Positions 29,860 to 39,099 of a stretch of DNA of 64,000 nt are shown piece after piece. Location of the stretch: positions 124,001 to 188,000 of IMG/VR virus record IMGVR_UViG_3300036770_004143. The stretch is one strand, 5' to 3'. Under the pieces are notes generated by a model. The model ran no database searches. It was not told where the DNA came from and saw only the letters and a program-made list of their open reading frames with translations. Both the position numbers and the translations under genes were made by a program. Each line of letters begins with the position of its first letter. The stretch's first letter is position 1.

Positions 29860-30260
29860 AAAAAGAAGTACTAAAAAGGATATTTGAGTTCCTTGAAGAG
29901 AAGGAAAATAAAAATCCACCATTTATATGGAAATATGAAAATAATCTACCATTAACAAAAGAAGAATTAAATGTTGAAGGTGATTTGAGTTTGGTTCAAT
30001 CAAATATAGAATCATTACCAGAAGGATTGAAAGTTGGGCGTGATTTGGATATTTTTGGTTCAAAAATAACCTCATTACCAAAAGGATTAGAAGTTGGGCG
30101 TTTTTTGGATATAAGAGATACAAAAATAACCTCCTTGCCAAAAGGACTAGAACTTGGTAGTAGTTTGTATATTAGACATACAGCATTAGTAAAATATTCA
30201 GATGAAGAATTACAAGATATGGTTAAACCTGGATTTATAAATGGAATAATACATAGATAA
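29856..30260 (+). CDS. LRR-7 (3 units)
   Basis: First 17 codons identical to LRR-6. Confidence 0.9.
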   Translation: MKKEVLKRIFEFLEEKENKNPPFIWKYENNLPLTKEELNVEGDLSLVQSNIESLPEGLKVGRDLDIFGSKITSLPKGLEVGRFLDIRDTKITSLPKGLELGSSLYIRHTALVKYSDEELQDMVKPGFINGIIHR

Positions 30261-30535
30261 TGGAAAAAGAAACATTACCATTCAAACAAGAAAATAAAGA
30301 AGGGAAATTGATTAGAGAGTTTAGTCAATTTGTTGATATTGAAGAATTACATTGGCATAGAGATAGAACAAATAGAGAGGTTAAGATAATCCAGGGTGGA
30401 GGATGGAAATACCAAAGCTGGGATGCTTTACCTATTAAACTAAAAAATAATGACACTATATCCATACCAAAAGGGTTATGGCATAGAGTTATTAAGGGTG
30501 ACGAACCCCTAATTGTAGAAATAACTGAATTATGA
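30260..30535 (+). CDS. cupin-fold protein
   Basis: WHRD...IPKGLWHRVIKG; starts MEKETL like LRR-4. Confidence 0.75.
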   Translation: MEKETLPFKQENKEGKLIREFSQFVDIEELHWHRDRTNREVKIIQGGGWKYQSWDALPIKLKNNDTISIPKGLWHRVIKGDEPLIVEITEL

Positions 30536-31701
30536 AAAAACAAATGAATGAGGCTAGGGGTGTCCCAGCAGGCATCACTAATTATGCCACAAAAATATTT
30601 AATGATGTATTAGAAAAATTAAAAAGTAATAAATTTAAAAGACAATCTCCATTTGATACGTATAGTGCAGTTGTAGATGCACCAGGTAAATTCTTAAAAG
30701 ATGATAAACCAGTTCAAATTAGTAAAATAAAGGTTAATATAAATTTTGACTTTTATCCTAGTTCTGATATAAAAAAAATAATAGCAGCCAACCCCAAAGT
30801 TAAAACAAAAACAGATAAATTATTATTGACTGGTTTGGGTATGGAGTTTTTTTTAACAAAAGACTTAACAAAAAATTATAACTTAAAAGTTGCTTCAACT
30901 GAAAACCCAATTTTACATATTAATTTTGTAGCAAGTGAAGATTTAAATGATATTGAAAATAATGTGTATAAGTTATTAAATGATAATTATGATACTTTTT
31001 TAAGTACATTTGGTCATGAAATTCAACATCATATTAATATGGAGGCAAAAGGGGAAGATGATATAGCATTACGAACAAAATATAGAGTAGTTTCAAATCC
31101 AAGTGATGTTACAGAGTATAAATCATTAAGTGATTTTGTATTTAATTTATATTATCTTTCACTAATTGAAAATATTGTTAGACCTACTGAGTTAAAAACT
31201 ACATTAGATAATAAAAAGGTAACAAAAAAACAATTTCAACAAGTTTATTATGATTCTGAAATGTATCATAAATTTGAGATATGTGAGAATACAACATATG
31301 AAAAATTATGCAATGAATTGCTAAAAGATTTAGAAAAATCTTTACCGCCTATAATATTTAAACATAAAACTAAATCTGAGATTATAGAAATAATGTTAAC
31401 AAAAACCTTTATTAATATGATTGATGAAGGTGCAAGTTTTTTGAAAATGGCTATTTTTGATAAAATGCCTAATGCTCCCATAGATGAAATAGATAGTGTT
31501 TTTAACAACAAATTTGAAGTTTTTTTGAAAAAACATATGTTTATCAAATACAAACCAAGTAAGGATATATATGGTGAAAAGGATTTAGATGTTGAAAAAA
31601 CATATAGATCCTTAATAAAAGACATGAATATTACAGCAACTAAAATGAAGAAAAAAATTGCTAAATTATATGAAGATTTACCATATGAGTATGAGAATTA
31701 A
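30532..31701 (+). CDS. HExxH zincin-like protein (paralog A)
   Basis: FGHEIQHH...IENIVRPTE; MKKQMNE N-terminus. Confidence 0.65.
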   Translation: MKKQMNEARGVPAGITNYATKIFNDVLEKLKSNKFKRQSPFDTYSAVVDAPGKFLKDDKPVQISKIKVNINFDFYPSSDIKKIIAANPKVKTKTDKLLLTGLGMEFFLTKDLTKNYNLKVASTENPILHINFVASEDLNDIENNVYKLLNDNYDTFLSTFGHEIQHHINMEAKGEDDIALRTKYRVVSNPSDVTEYKSLSDFVFNLYYLSLIENIVRPTELKTTLDNKKVTKKQFQQVYYDSEMYHKFEICENTTYEKLCNELLKDLEKSLPPIIFKHKTKSEIIEIMLTKTFINMIDEGASFLKMAIFDKMPNAPIDEIDSVFNNKFEVFLKKHMFIKYKPSKDIYGEKDLDVEKTYRSLIKDMNITATKMKKKIAKLYEDLPYEYEN

Positions 31702-31737
31702 AAAATAAATTGTATTTTTGCAAAAAAAACAAAAGAT

Positions 31738-31863
31738 ATGTACATTGTTAACATTAGAATACCAGATGATTTGAAAGGTAAAGTAAAGATAAACTTACCT
31801 GAACAAATAAAGATAAGAGAAACTAAAGAAAAAAGTTTGAAAGTAGAAATAACCAAATCATGA
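31738..31863 (+). CDS. 41-aa peptide (paralog of 33010-33126)
   Basis: MYIVNIRIPDDLKGKVKINLPEQIKIRETKEKSLKVEITKS; TATTTTTG promoter. Confidence 0.6.
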   Translation: MYIVNIRIPDDLKGKVKINLPEQIKIRETKEKSLKVEITKS

Positions 31864-32978
31864 GAAAACAAATGAATGAGGCTAGGGGAGTTCCAGAGGG
31901 ACTTACTAGTTATGCAAAAAAAATATTAGATAAATTTTTAGAAGATTTAAATAGCCCTTTTCCTAATAAAACCACAGTTGTTAATATACCAGGTACTTTT
32001 TTTAAAAATGATAAAACACTTCAAATTAATGATGTAAGTGTTCTTATAAATTTAAAATTTTATACTAGCCAGCAAATTAAGGCAATTGTAAAGGCTAACC
32101 CCCATATTAAAGAAAAAAGTGATGAATTACTGTTGAGTAGTTTAGGTATGCGGTTTGACATAGACAATAACCTAACAAAAAATTATAATTTAAAAATTTT
32201 CAAGAGTGAAAGTCCAACTATTACTATTAATTTTTTAGCAAGTAGAGATATACAAGAAGTTTATAAAAAGATATACATAATATTAAAAGATAATTACGCT
32301 AGATTTTTAGATTCATTTGGACATGAACTTAAGCATTTTATTGATAACCAATTAAAAGTTGAAAAGGATATAGCATTAAGCGCAAAGTATCAAGTAGTTT
32401 CACAGGCAAGAAATTTTACTGATAGTCAAACATTAATTGATTTTTTCTTTGATGTATATTACCTTTCATCAATTGAAAATCTTGTTAGACCTTCTGAGTT
32501 AAAAACAAAATTGGATAATGAGAATATAACAAAAAAAGATTTTAAGGAAATTTATTATAATTCTAAAATGTATAAAAAGTTTGATTTTTGTCAAAATATG
32601 ACATATGAAAAATTATACAATAATTTGGGGGAAGAGTTAGCAACAAAAGTATCCCCTGAAAAATTTAGTAAATCTAAAGATAAACTTATATCAAATGAAT
32701 TAAGTAAAACCATAAGAAAAATGATTGCTAGTGGTAAAGATTACTTAAAAACAATGATTCCTATCTCAAAAGGGGATATATCTATAACAAATGCTTATTT
32801 AAGCAAGTTTAAGAGTTTTTTAAAAAATCATTTATTTATTAAATATGCTTCAAATCAGGTTATAGATACAGAAAAAACATATAGAGCAATAATAAAAGAT
32901 ATGAATGCTACAGCAATTAAAATGAAGAAAAAAATTGCTAAATTATATGAAGATGTGCCAGATAATTATGAATCATAA
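31860..32978 (+). CDS. HExxH zincin-like protein (paralog B)
   Basis: FGHELKHF...IENLVRPSE; alignable end-to-end with paralog A. Confidence 0.65.
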   Translation: MRKQMNEARGVPEGLTSYAKKILDKFLEDLNSPFPNKTTVVNIPGTFFKNDKTLQINDVSVLINLKFYTSQQIKAIVKANPHIKEKSDELLLSSLGMRFDIDNNLTKNYNLKIFKSESPTITINFLASRDIQEVYKKIYIILKDNYARFLDSFGHELKHFIDNQLKVEKDIALSAKYQVVSQARNFTDSQTLIDFFFDVYYLSSIENLVRPSELKTKLDNENITKKDFKEIYYNSKMYKKFDFCQNMTYEKLYNNLGEELATKVSPEKFSKSKDKLISNELSKTIRKMIASGKDYLKTMIPISKGDISITNAYLSKFKSFLKNHLFIKYASNQVIDTEKTYRAIIKDMNATAIKMKKKIAKLYEDVPDNYES

Positions 32979-33009
32979 AAAATAAATTATATCTTTGTCA
33001 AAAAAAAAT

Positions 33010-33126
33010 ATGGATATCAATAACATTAAAATTCCTGATGCTTTGAAAGGTAAAATAAAGATAAACTTACCTGATGAAATCAAGATAAAAGAAACTGAAG
33101 AAAAAACTTTGAAAGTAAAAAAATAG
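33010..33126 (+). CDS. 38-aa peptide
   Basis: MDINNIKIPDALKGKIKINLPDEIKIKETEEKTLKVKK; TATCTTTG promoter. Confidence 0.6.
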   Translation: MDINNIKIPDALKGKIKINLPDEIKIKETEEKTLKVKK

Positions 33127-33170
33127 TCTGTATCTTTGCTTAAACTTAATCACTAAATAAAACCACAACT

Positions 33171-34229
33171 ATGAGATATGATTTAGATGTTTTGAACAAG
33201 TATGTGGAAGATGGGTTGTTAATGAGAGCAAAACACAAATTATACCCATTGTATATCTATAATTATACTAGAACTGTTCAGTATGGTAATTTGTGGGATG
33301 ATGTTACCATAAATTTTAGAGGAACTATATTGGATGAAGATGGTAATTTAGTTGCTAAAAGTTTCCCAAAATTTAAAAACTTTGAGGAACACTCTGCTGA
33401 TGAATTACCAAATGAAGATTTCAACATCTATGAGAAAATGGATGGATCTTTGGGTATAGTATATTTCTATGACAACAAGTGGAATATGGCAACTAGGGGA
33501 TCTTTTAACTCTGACCAGGCTATAAAAGGTTTGGAAATATTGAATAGATATGACTTATCCTTGTTGGATGTAAATTATACTTACTTATTTGAAATATTAT
33601 ATCCTGAAAATGTTATAGTTGTCCGCTACAATGAAGAGAAATTAGTTTTATTAGCAAAATACAATGTTATAACTGGTGAAGAAGGTGATGTTCAAACTGA
33701 ATATTACAAAGCAAATTTTGATGTTGTTAATTGCTATAATAATTTACCAAATAACTTTGCAGATTTAAAGAGGGGTATAGAGGACAACAAAGAAGGTTAT
33801 GTATTACGCTTCAAAAATGGAATGAGGGTTAAGATAAAGGGTGAACAATATGTTAGACTTCACAAAATATTAACTAATATATCTAATATGGATATATGGT
33901 TATCTTTGAAAAATGGTGAAGATTTATCTTTATTATTGGATGCTATACCAGATGAAATGGACAATAATGTTAGGGATTTTGTTGACTTCTTGAAAATAAA
34001 CTATAATGTTGTATATGATACTGCATTAGATTTTTATGAGAACTTGTTAAATGAAAATGAAATAAATTCCAAAAAAGATTTTGCTTTATTAATAAAGGAT
34101 TTAGACCCAAAAAATAAATCTTTGTTGTTTGCATTTTGGGATAAAAAAAGATATGAGGATATAATATGGAATATAGTAAAACCAGATGAATATTCTTTAT
34201 TGTCTAAATTAGAACTTAATGAATCATAA
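33171..34229 (+). CDS. T4 Rnl1-like RNA ligase
   Basis: EKMDGSLG (motif I), ATRGSF, FE, EGYV, RVKIK. Confidence 0.88.
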   Translation: MRYDLDVLNKYVEDGLLMRAKHKLYPLYIYNYTRTVQYGNLWDDVTINFRGTILDEDGNLVAKSFPKFKNFEEHSADELPNEDFNIYEKMDGSLGIVYFYDNKWNMATRGSFNSDQAIKGLEILNRYDLSLLDVNYTYLFEILYPENVIVVRYNEEKLVLLAKYNVITGEEGDVQTEYYKANFDVVNCYNNLPNNFADLKRGIEDNKEGYVLRFKNGMRVKIKGEQYVRLHKILTNISNMDIWLSLKNGEDLSLLLDAIPDEMDNNVRDFVDFLKINYNVVYDTALDFYENLLNENEINSKKDFALLIKDLDPKNKSLLFAFWDKKRYEDIIWNIVKPDEYSLLSKLELNES

Positions 34230-34346
34230 AATACCAGAGTTTAAGGTCTTAGTTGTAAGAAGTTGGTTTACCAAAGACAATGCTAATTCTAATATATCTG
34301 ATTTAGTATCTGTCTTTGGTTTTAGATTAATAAAAAATGAAATATA

Positions 34347-34982
34347 ATGGCTTATTTGAATGCAAACATACCAACTATTACTTGTCTAATTAGGAATGAA
34401 TTTTTATTCAATCATAAATCAGGCTTTAATGAATATACCCCAGCTGATGTACATTCAGTTGCATCTATTCAAAAGAGAGTTCCATTATTTGAAGCATTTT
34501 TAGACAACGGAGTAAATTGGACCCGTAGGCCTATTCACTCCTTTGTATGGAAGGAAGGGGCAGAAGTATTACCTTTATCTGAACATATGTATTGGGATTG
34601 TTTCTCGTCATATATAGATGTAAATGTAAGAGAAAGGTTAGCAGGTCTTAGAGCTGACTTAATATCAATAACTGGTGTTAAACGTTTAGGAACATATATG
34701 TTTACACTTGATTGGTCACATGAAAATAGAAATGTTATTGATACTAATTTTTCTGAAACCCCAGAACATAAATGTGGGCATCTTTTTAAGATGGATAATG
34801 GGAACTATTTCATATATCCAAACAATAGAATTATTTGGATGGATACCGCTTGGACTTATAATAGGATAGACAAAAATCCTGGGTATAAGATAGATATGAA
34901 TGTCTATTCAGTAGAAAATATGAGTGGATATGCAACAGATTATAATTATATAACTAATTTTACAAAAGATGGAAAAGACTGA
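34347..34982 (+). CDS. conserved hypothetical phage protein
   Basis: YWDCFS, YMFTLDW, EHKCGH, YPNNRI motifs; function unknown. Confidence 0.75.
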   Translation: MAYLNANIPTITCLIRNEFLFNHKSGFNEYTPADVHSVASIQKRVPLFEAFLDNGVNWTRRPIHSFVWKEGAEVLPLSEHMYWDCFSSYIDVNVRERLAGLRADLISITGVKRLGTYMFTLDWSHENRNVIDTNFSETPEHKCGHLFKMDNGNYFIYPNNRIIWMDTAWTYNRIDKNPGYKIDMNVYSVENMSGYATDYNYITNFTKDGKD

Positions 34983-35376
34983 TATTATATATAATATATT
35001 AAATAATACAAAATTAAAATTAAAACCATCTAAGGTATGCAATGGAGTTGGTGTATTTAGTATTTGCAAAATAAAAAAAGATGAGAAACTATTTTCAGAT
35101 GTAACTGTTGATACAATGTATATATCTTGGGATGATCTTAAAGGTATTCCTAAATCTACTGAATCCTATTTAAGAACTATAGCAAACGTTGCTGATGGGG
35201 GGATTTATTTGTCAAGAACACCTAATAACATAAATCTATCATATTATGTAAATCATTCAAATAAGCCAAATGTTTTTCACAACTTAGATACAGATGAATT
35301 TTATGCTATATGTGATATTGATGAAGATGAAGAAATTTTATGCACTTACACTGATTTAGAAATTGATTGGGAATAG
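34969..35376 (+). CDS. SET-domain protein (lysine methyltransferase fold)
   Basis: GVGVFS...YVNHSNKPN...EEILCTY. Confidence 0.85.
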   Translation: MEKTDIIYNILNNTKLKLKPSKVCNGVGVFSICKIKKDEKLFSDVTVDTMYISWDDLKGIPKSTESYLRTIANVADGGIYLSRTPNNINLSYYVNHSNKPNVFHNLDTDEFYAICDIDEDEEILCTYTDLEIDWE

Positions 35377-35410
35377 GTATTATGATATTTAACACAAAAA
35401 AACTAAAAAT

Positions 35411-35689
35411 ATGGATAACTTTAGATTAGGTAAGGAAATAAATATAACTGGATTAAGCAAGAAAAGCACAATTAGTGTTCCTTATCATATTCTTGAACAT
35501 ACCTTTGGAGTGCCAACCATTATTGAAGATAATAATTATGCAATCTGGAAATTAAGGTTTGAGGATACAGAAGAATCTATTGCAATACTAAATGATAATG
35601 AGAATTATCTTGAAACAAATAAATGGTTTGTTAAAGCACATAATTCAAAGGGTATTGAAAGAGTAAAAAACATTTTATCAAGTATTTAA
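35411..35689 (+). CDS. hypothetical protein
   Basis: 92-aa ORF. Confidence 0.65.
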   Translation: MDNFRLGKEINITGLSKKSTISVPYHILEHTFGVPTIIEDNNYAIWKLRFEDTEESIAILNDNENYLETNKWFVKAHNSKGIERVKNILSSI

Positions 35690-35752
35690 TGGTATAAGTT
35701 GTTTTTTTAAAAAAACATTCTTATCTTTGTAGAGTAATAAAAAAGCAAACAT

Positions 35753-35911
35753 ATGAAGAATCCATTAAAAGTTTGTACATGCACACAGTGCAAAGCAAGT
35801 AAGCAGAGAATGAATAGTGCTTATAAAAAAAAGATGAGAATTTTATTAAATAAAAAATTAAGAAGAATGGACTTTGAAAATCCAAAGTACATAAACTTCT
35901 ACTACGCATAG
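35753..35911 (+). CDS. 52-aa basic CxCxxC peptide
   Basis: MKNPLKVCTCTQCKASKQRMNSAYKKKMRILLNKKLRRMDFENPKYINFYYA; TATCTTTG promoter at 35722. Confidence 0.65.
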   Translation: MKNPLKVCTCTQCKASKQRMNSAYKKKMRILLNKKLRRMDFENPKYINFYYA

Positions 35912-35920
35912 AAGAGACAT

Positions 35921-35995
35921 CGCAGGGTCGTATAAGGGTTAGTATATTGGGCTCATAACCCAGAGATATAGGTTCGAGTCCTATCTCTGCAACCA
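35921..35995 (+). tRNA. tRNA-fMet (CAT)
   Basis: C1:A72 mismatch, GGG/CCC anticodon stem, GTTCGAG T-loop, encoded CCA. Confidence 0.9.
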
Positions 35996-36002
35996 GTTAA
36001 AA

Positions 36003-36076
36003 TAGGATGTGGCGCAATCCGGTAGCGCACTTGCTTTGGGAGTAAGTAGTTGCAGGTTCAAATCCTGTCATCCTAA
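36003..36076 (+). tRNA. tRNA-Pro (TGG)
   Basis: TAGGATG/CATCCTA acceptor stem; CTTGC-TTTGGGA-GTAAG anticodon arm. Confidence 0.9.
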
Positions 36077-36095
36077 CAAATGTCCCCTAACCTAA

Positions 36096-36506
36096 TTATG
36101 GTTGGGGGTTTTTTATTTCATCACCATTTTTTAAATGCGAGTTTGGGAAGAAGTTAAATCTTGTCTTTTTTGAAATCCATATTAATGTGGGCAATATTGG
36201 TAAAGGTAGTGGGACAAACCTGGTGCATATTAGAAAGAATACCTTAACAAGATCCAGGGATTGGTTTTTTAGGAAGGTTAACTCCTTTACAGTTACACCT
36301 TGATTTAAAATGTATTTTTTTAAGATGGAAAATGCAATTATTGTTTCTTCTTTTTCTAACTTTGTTGAGTCTTGTAATTTCTCCCAATTTTCTTGGATAA
36401 AGAAAATGGTTTTATTAAACCAATTTTTTAGTTTTTTTAAACTATCCAAATCATTGATTGATTTTACCAAAACATCTAATTGTTTCTTACTAACAATTAA
36501 CTTCAT
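36096..36506 (-). CDS. hypothetical protein with leader-like N-terminus and hydrophobic segment
   Basis: MKLIVSKKQL..; TATTTAT at 36545-36551(-). Confidence 0.7.
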   Translation of the reverse strand: MKLIVSKKQLDVLVKSINDLDSLKKLKNWFNKTIFFIQENWEKLQDSTKLEKEETIIAFSILKKYILNQGVTVKELTFLKNQSLDLVKVFFLICTRFVPLPLPILPTLIWISKKTRFNFFPNSHLKNGDEIKNPQP

Positions 36507-36559
36507 ATTTTCTTTTGTTTTTGAAATGTATTATATTTATAATAATAAATACATATTTT

Positions 36560-38116
36560 ATGAAAATAATTATAACAGAAAGTCAATTTGGTATCTTAAC
36601 TGAAAATAAGGCTACTATTGATAATCTTGTGAAAATTGCCAAGCTATCCCAATCTGATGCTGAATTATTATATTCAGTTGCTGGTAAATTATCTATGTGG
36701 TTGGCAAAGAAAATTAAAGACAAAAGGATAAGGTCAAAAATTGAGGATATAACTGGGATAATTGATTGGATTAAAACTGGATTAAATGGTAATATACAAA
36801 CCATTAAGAATGTTGAATTCAATGAATTGGTTAATATGCAAGATAGATGGCACAAATCATTGAAAGCAAAAGATTATGATTTTGAATATTTTGATGAAAA
36901 CATACCTGTATTGGATTTTAGGGATGATTCTGGGTTGGGGTATTATTGGGTCAAGTTAAAAACCAATCCTTGCACAGAGGAGGCTGAAAGGATGGGGCAT
37001 TGTGGTAGATCTGGAAAAGGTGATTTATATTCTCTTAGAGTCAATGAGTTAAAAGGTCAAACTGGTAAAGTTAGTAATAAATCACTTATCACAGCATCAA
37101 TTAAGGATGGGGTTGTTTATCAAATGAAGGGTAGATTCAACAAGAAACCAAGTGAAGAATATTATGATTACATTATAAAACTTCTATTAAAGAAGAACCC
37201 AGATGGAGATTATATGATAAAATCATTTGGTTCAGAATATGCTTCAAAGGAAGATTTTAATGTTATGGATCTTGATTTCTCAAAGTATGTTGATTTTTTC
37301 AAAACTAGAATTGATTTGTTAATATCAGATGAAGTTCTTGAAAATAATGAAAAAAGATTAGATAGTTTAGAAAGTGGAACATTGTTTTATGAAAATGAAG
37401 ATTGTGTTAGACAAGCTGTTTATCAATTCTTGACTAGTTATGAAAAAATGGAAATAAGAGATGAGAATAGTAATTTAGAATATGCTAATATTATTTTTAA
37501 ATTATATGAAGAATCTAATGTTTTACCAAATGAAGAATTTATTGATTTATTAAATAGATATTTTGAGTTAAAGAATGATAAAGTTGATTTTTTTGATATG
37601 AAAATTGAAGAAAGATATGGGGGACATGTTTTTCATTTTGTAAATGAAAATGGTGTAAAAGAGGAATATGAAATCTTTAAAGAAGAAGATGCAAGAGAAA
37701 GAGCAATAACCTCAATTCATGATATTTATGATAATATAGCAGAGTTATTTAGAAATAGAACATATTATGAAAATCGTGGAATTGATTTGGATAGTTTTGT
37801 TGAAATATCTAAAGATGAAATGATGGAATATATTTCATCTATGGTTTGGGATGATCCCAAACATTTTTTGGATAAAGATGATTATACAGATAAAGAAGTT
37901 TATGAATATATTGATAATGAAGTAAATGATTATGAGGAAAATCCAAAAAGTTTTATTCGTGATTTTGATATCGATGAAACTAGTTATTTTAATAGAGATA
38001 AATTTGATGAAGCCATTTTTGAACATGATGGGTATTCCACATTAGCATATTATGATGGTGAATGGGTAGAAATAAGAGTTTGTGATGAAACATATATAAC
38101 ATATAGAACTGAATAA
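36560..38116 (+). CDS. leader-bearing RMGHC-domain protein with very acidic C-terminal domain
   Basis: MKIIITESQFGILTE; paralog of 15184-16737. Confidence 0.75.
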   Translation: MKIIITESQFGILTENKATIDNLVKIAKLSQSDAELLYSVAGKLSMWLAKKIKDKRIRSKIEDITGIIDWIKTGLNGNIQTIKNVEFNELVNMQDRWHKSLKAKDYDFEYFDENIPVLDFRDDSGLGYYWVKLKTNPCTEEAERMGHCGRSGKGDLYSLRVNELKGQTGKVSNKSLITASIKDGVVYQMKGRFNKKPSEEYYDYIIKLLLKKNPDGDYMIKSFGSEYASKEDFNVMDLDFSKYVDFFKTRIDLLISDEVLENNEKRLDSLESGTLFYENEDCVRQAVYQFLTSYEKMEIRDENSNLEYANIIFKLYEESNVLPNEEFIDLLNRYFELKNDKVDFFDMKIEERYGGHVFHFVNENGVKEEYEIFKEEDARERAITSIHDIYDNIAELFRNRTYYENRGIDLDSFVEISKDEMMEYISSMVWDDPKHFLDKDDYTDKEVYEYIDNEVNDYEENPKSFIRDFDIDETSYFNRDKFDEAIFEHDGYSTLAYYDGEWVEIRVCDETYITYRTE

Positions 38117-38120
38117 AGTA

Positions 38121-38717
38121 ATGAAATTAATAGAAATTTTTAAAACACTAATTAATGAGGAAACTGATGGTATTACTATTTTTTTAAATAAAATACAAAA
38201 AGAGTATGATATATCAGATTCCTTATATACTGAATTGATGAATTTCATTGAGAAATCTAATTGTCAAAAAATAGAGTTTGCAAAATTCAATTATCCTGCC
38301 CTTGGATTGGCCTTACATAATGGTGTTATGATAAACTCAACTATGGTTGGTGGGAGTTTAAATTTTTTGGTTTTTGTTATTTTCCATGAGATAGCACATC
38401 AATTCCAGTTTAAGAAATATGGTGATAAGATTATGTATGGTGTTTATTCTGGTGATGTTAGTATTGATGAGGCTGCCAAATTTATGAAACACACAGAAGA
38501 GGTTGCTGATGAATTTGCTATGAGGAAGATAAGGGAGTTGCAGAAAAAAGGATTAATAGATGATAAGTATAAACCAGCATCACAATATAAGAATGTATCA
38601 ATTCACTCAATAAAAAGTATGATAAGTGGTTTTAGAAAACAATTAGAAAATCAAAACTTATCATCCCCTACTGAAATTAGTAAATTTTTCTATAATCTAG
38701 TTAAAAGTAAAATGTAA
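38121..38717 (+). CDS. leader-bearing HExxH metallopeptidase-like protein
   Basis: ..TLINE; FHEIAH...EEVADEFA. Confidence 0.7.
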   Translation: MKLIEIFKTLINEETDGITIFLNKIQKEYDISDSLYTELMNFIEKSNCQKIEFAKFNYPALGLALHNGVMINSTMVGGSLNFLVFVIFHEIAHQFQFKKYGDKIMYGVYSGDVSIDEAAKFMKHTEEVADEFAMRKIRELQKKGLIDDKYKPASQYKNVSIHSIKSMISGFRKQLENQNLSSPTEISKFFYNLVKSKM

Positions 38718-38721
38718 TAAT

Positions 38722-39024
38722 ATGCTTAATGTATTTAAATTTTTCAATCAAAAAAATAATAACATAATCTTAAATGATTACATTGGTGAATATAAAGCTG
38801 ATGATGGTAGAACTGGAAAATTATATGTGGAGGGTGATAAAATAAAGTTCACATATGATGGAAAGACAATAACCTTCAATCCAGAAGCTGAAGCAGACAC
38901 TTTTAAAATAAGTTATTTCCCCTTTAAAGGGTTGGCAATATTCTCAAGGGATGGTAAGGGTAAAATAAAAGAGGTTAAGGCTGAATTGGCAGGGTATATC
39001 ATAAATGCCAAAAAGATTGCTTAA
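38722..39024 (+). CDS. small beta-rich hypothetical protein
   Basis: DYIGEY... 100 aa. Confidence 0.65.
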   Translation: MLNVFKFFNQKNNNIILNDYIGEYKADDGRTGKLYVEGDKIKFTYDGKTITFNPEAEADTFKISYFPFKGLAIFSRDGKGKIKEVKAELAGYIINAKKIA

Positions 39025-39099
39025 ATTTAATTTATGTGCCAAATTAGTTGTGTTTTTGATTAATGTTTCTTATCATTGTTAAGAACAAAATAATCAAAG

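Noticed and set aside
26465-30141. Long antisense and alternate-frame ORFs over the LRR genes (also 9413, 31266, 41627, 43288, 55172)
   Set aside because: Shadows of repetitive or biased coding sequence, without promoters or plausible products
26700-30170. CRISPR-like look of a ~25-bp conserved core alternating with variable ~36-bp segments
   Set aside because: The 63-bp period is in frame within intact LRR ORFs, the variable parts are homologous to each other, and there are no cas genes
34219-34347. 42-codon ORF MNHKIPEFKVLVVRSWFTK..
   Set aside because: Possibly a remnant related to the next gene's N-terminus, but the similarity is too weak to call
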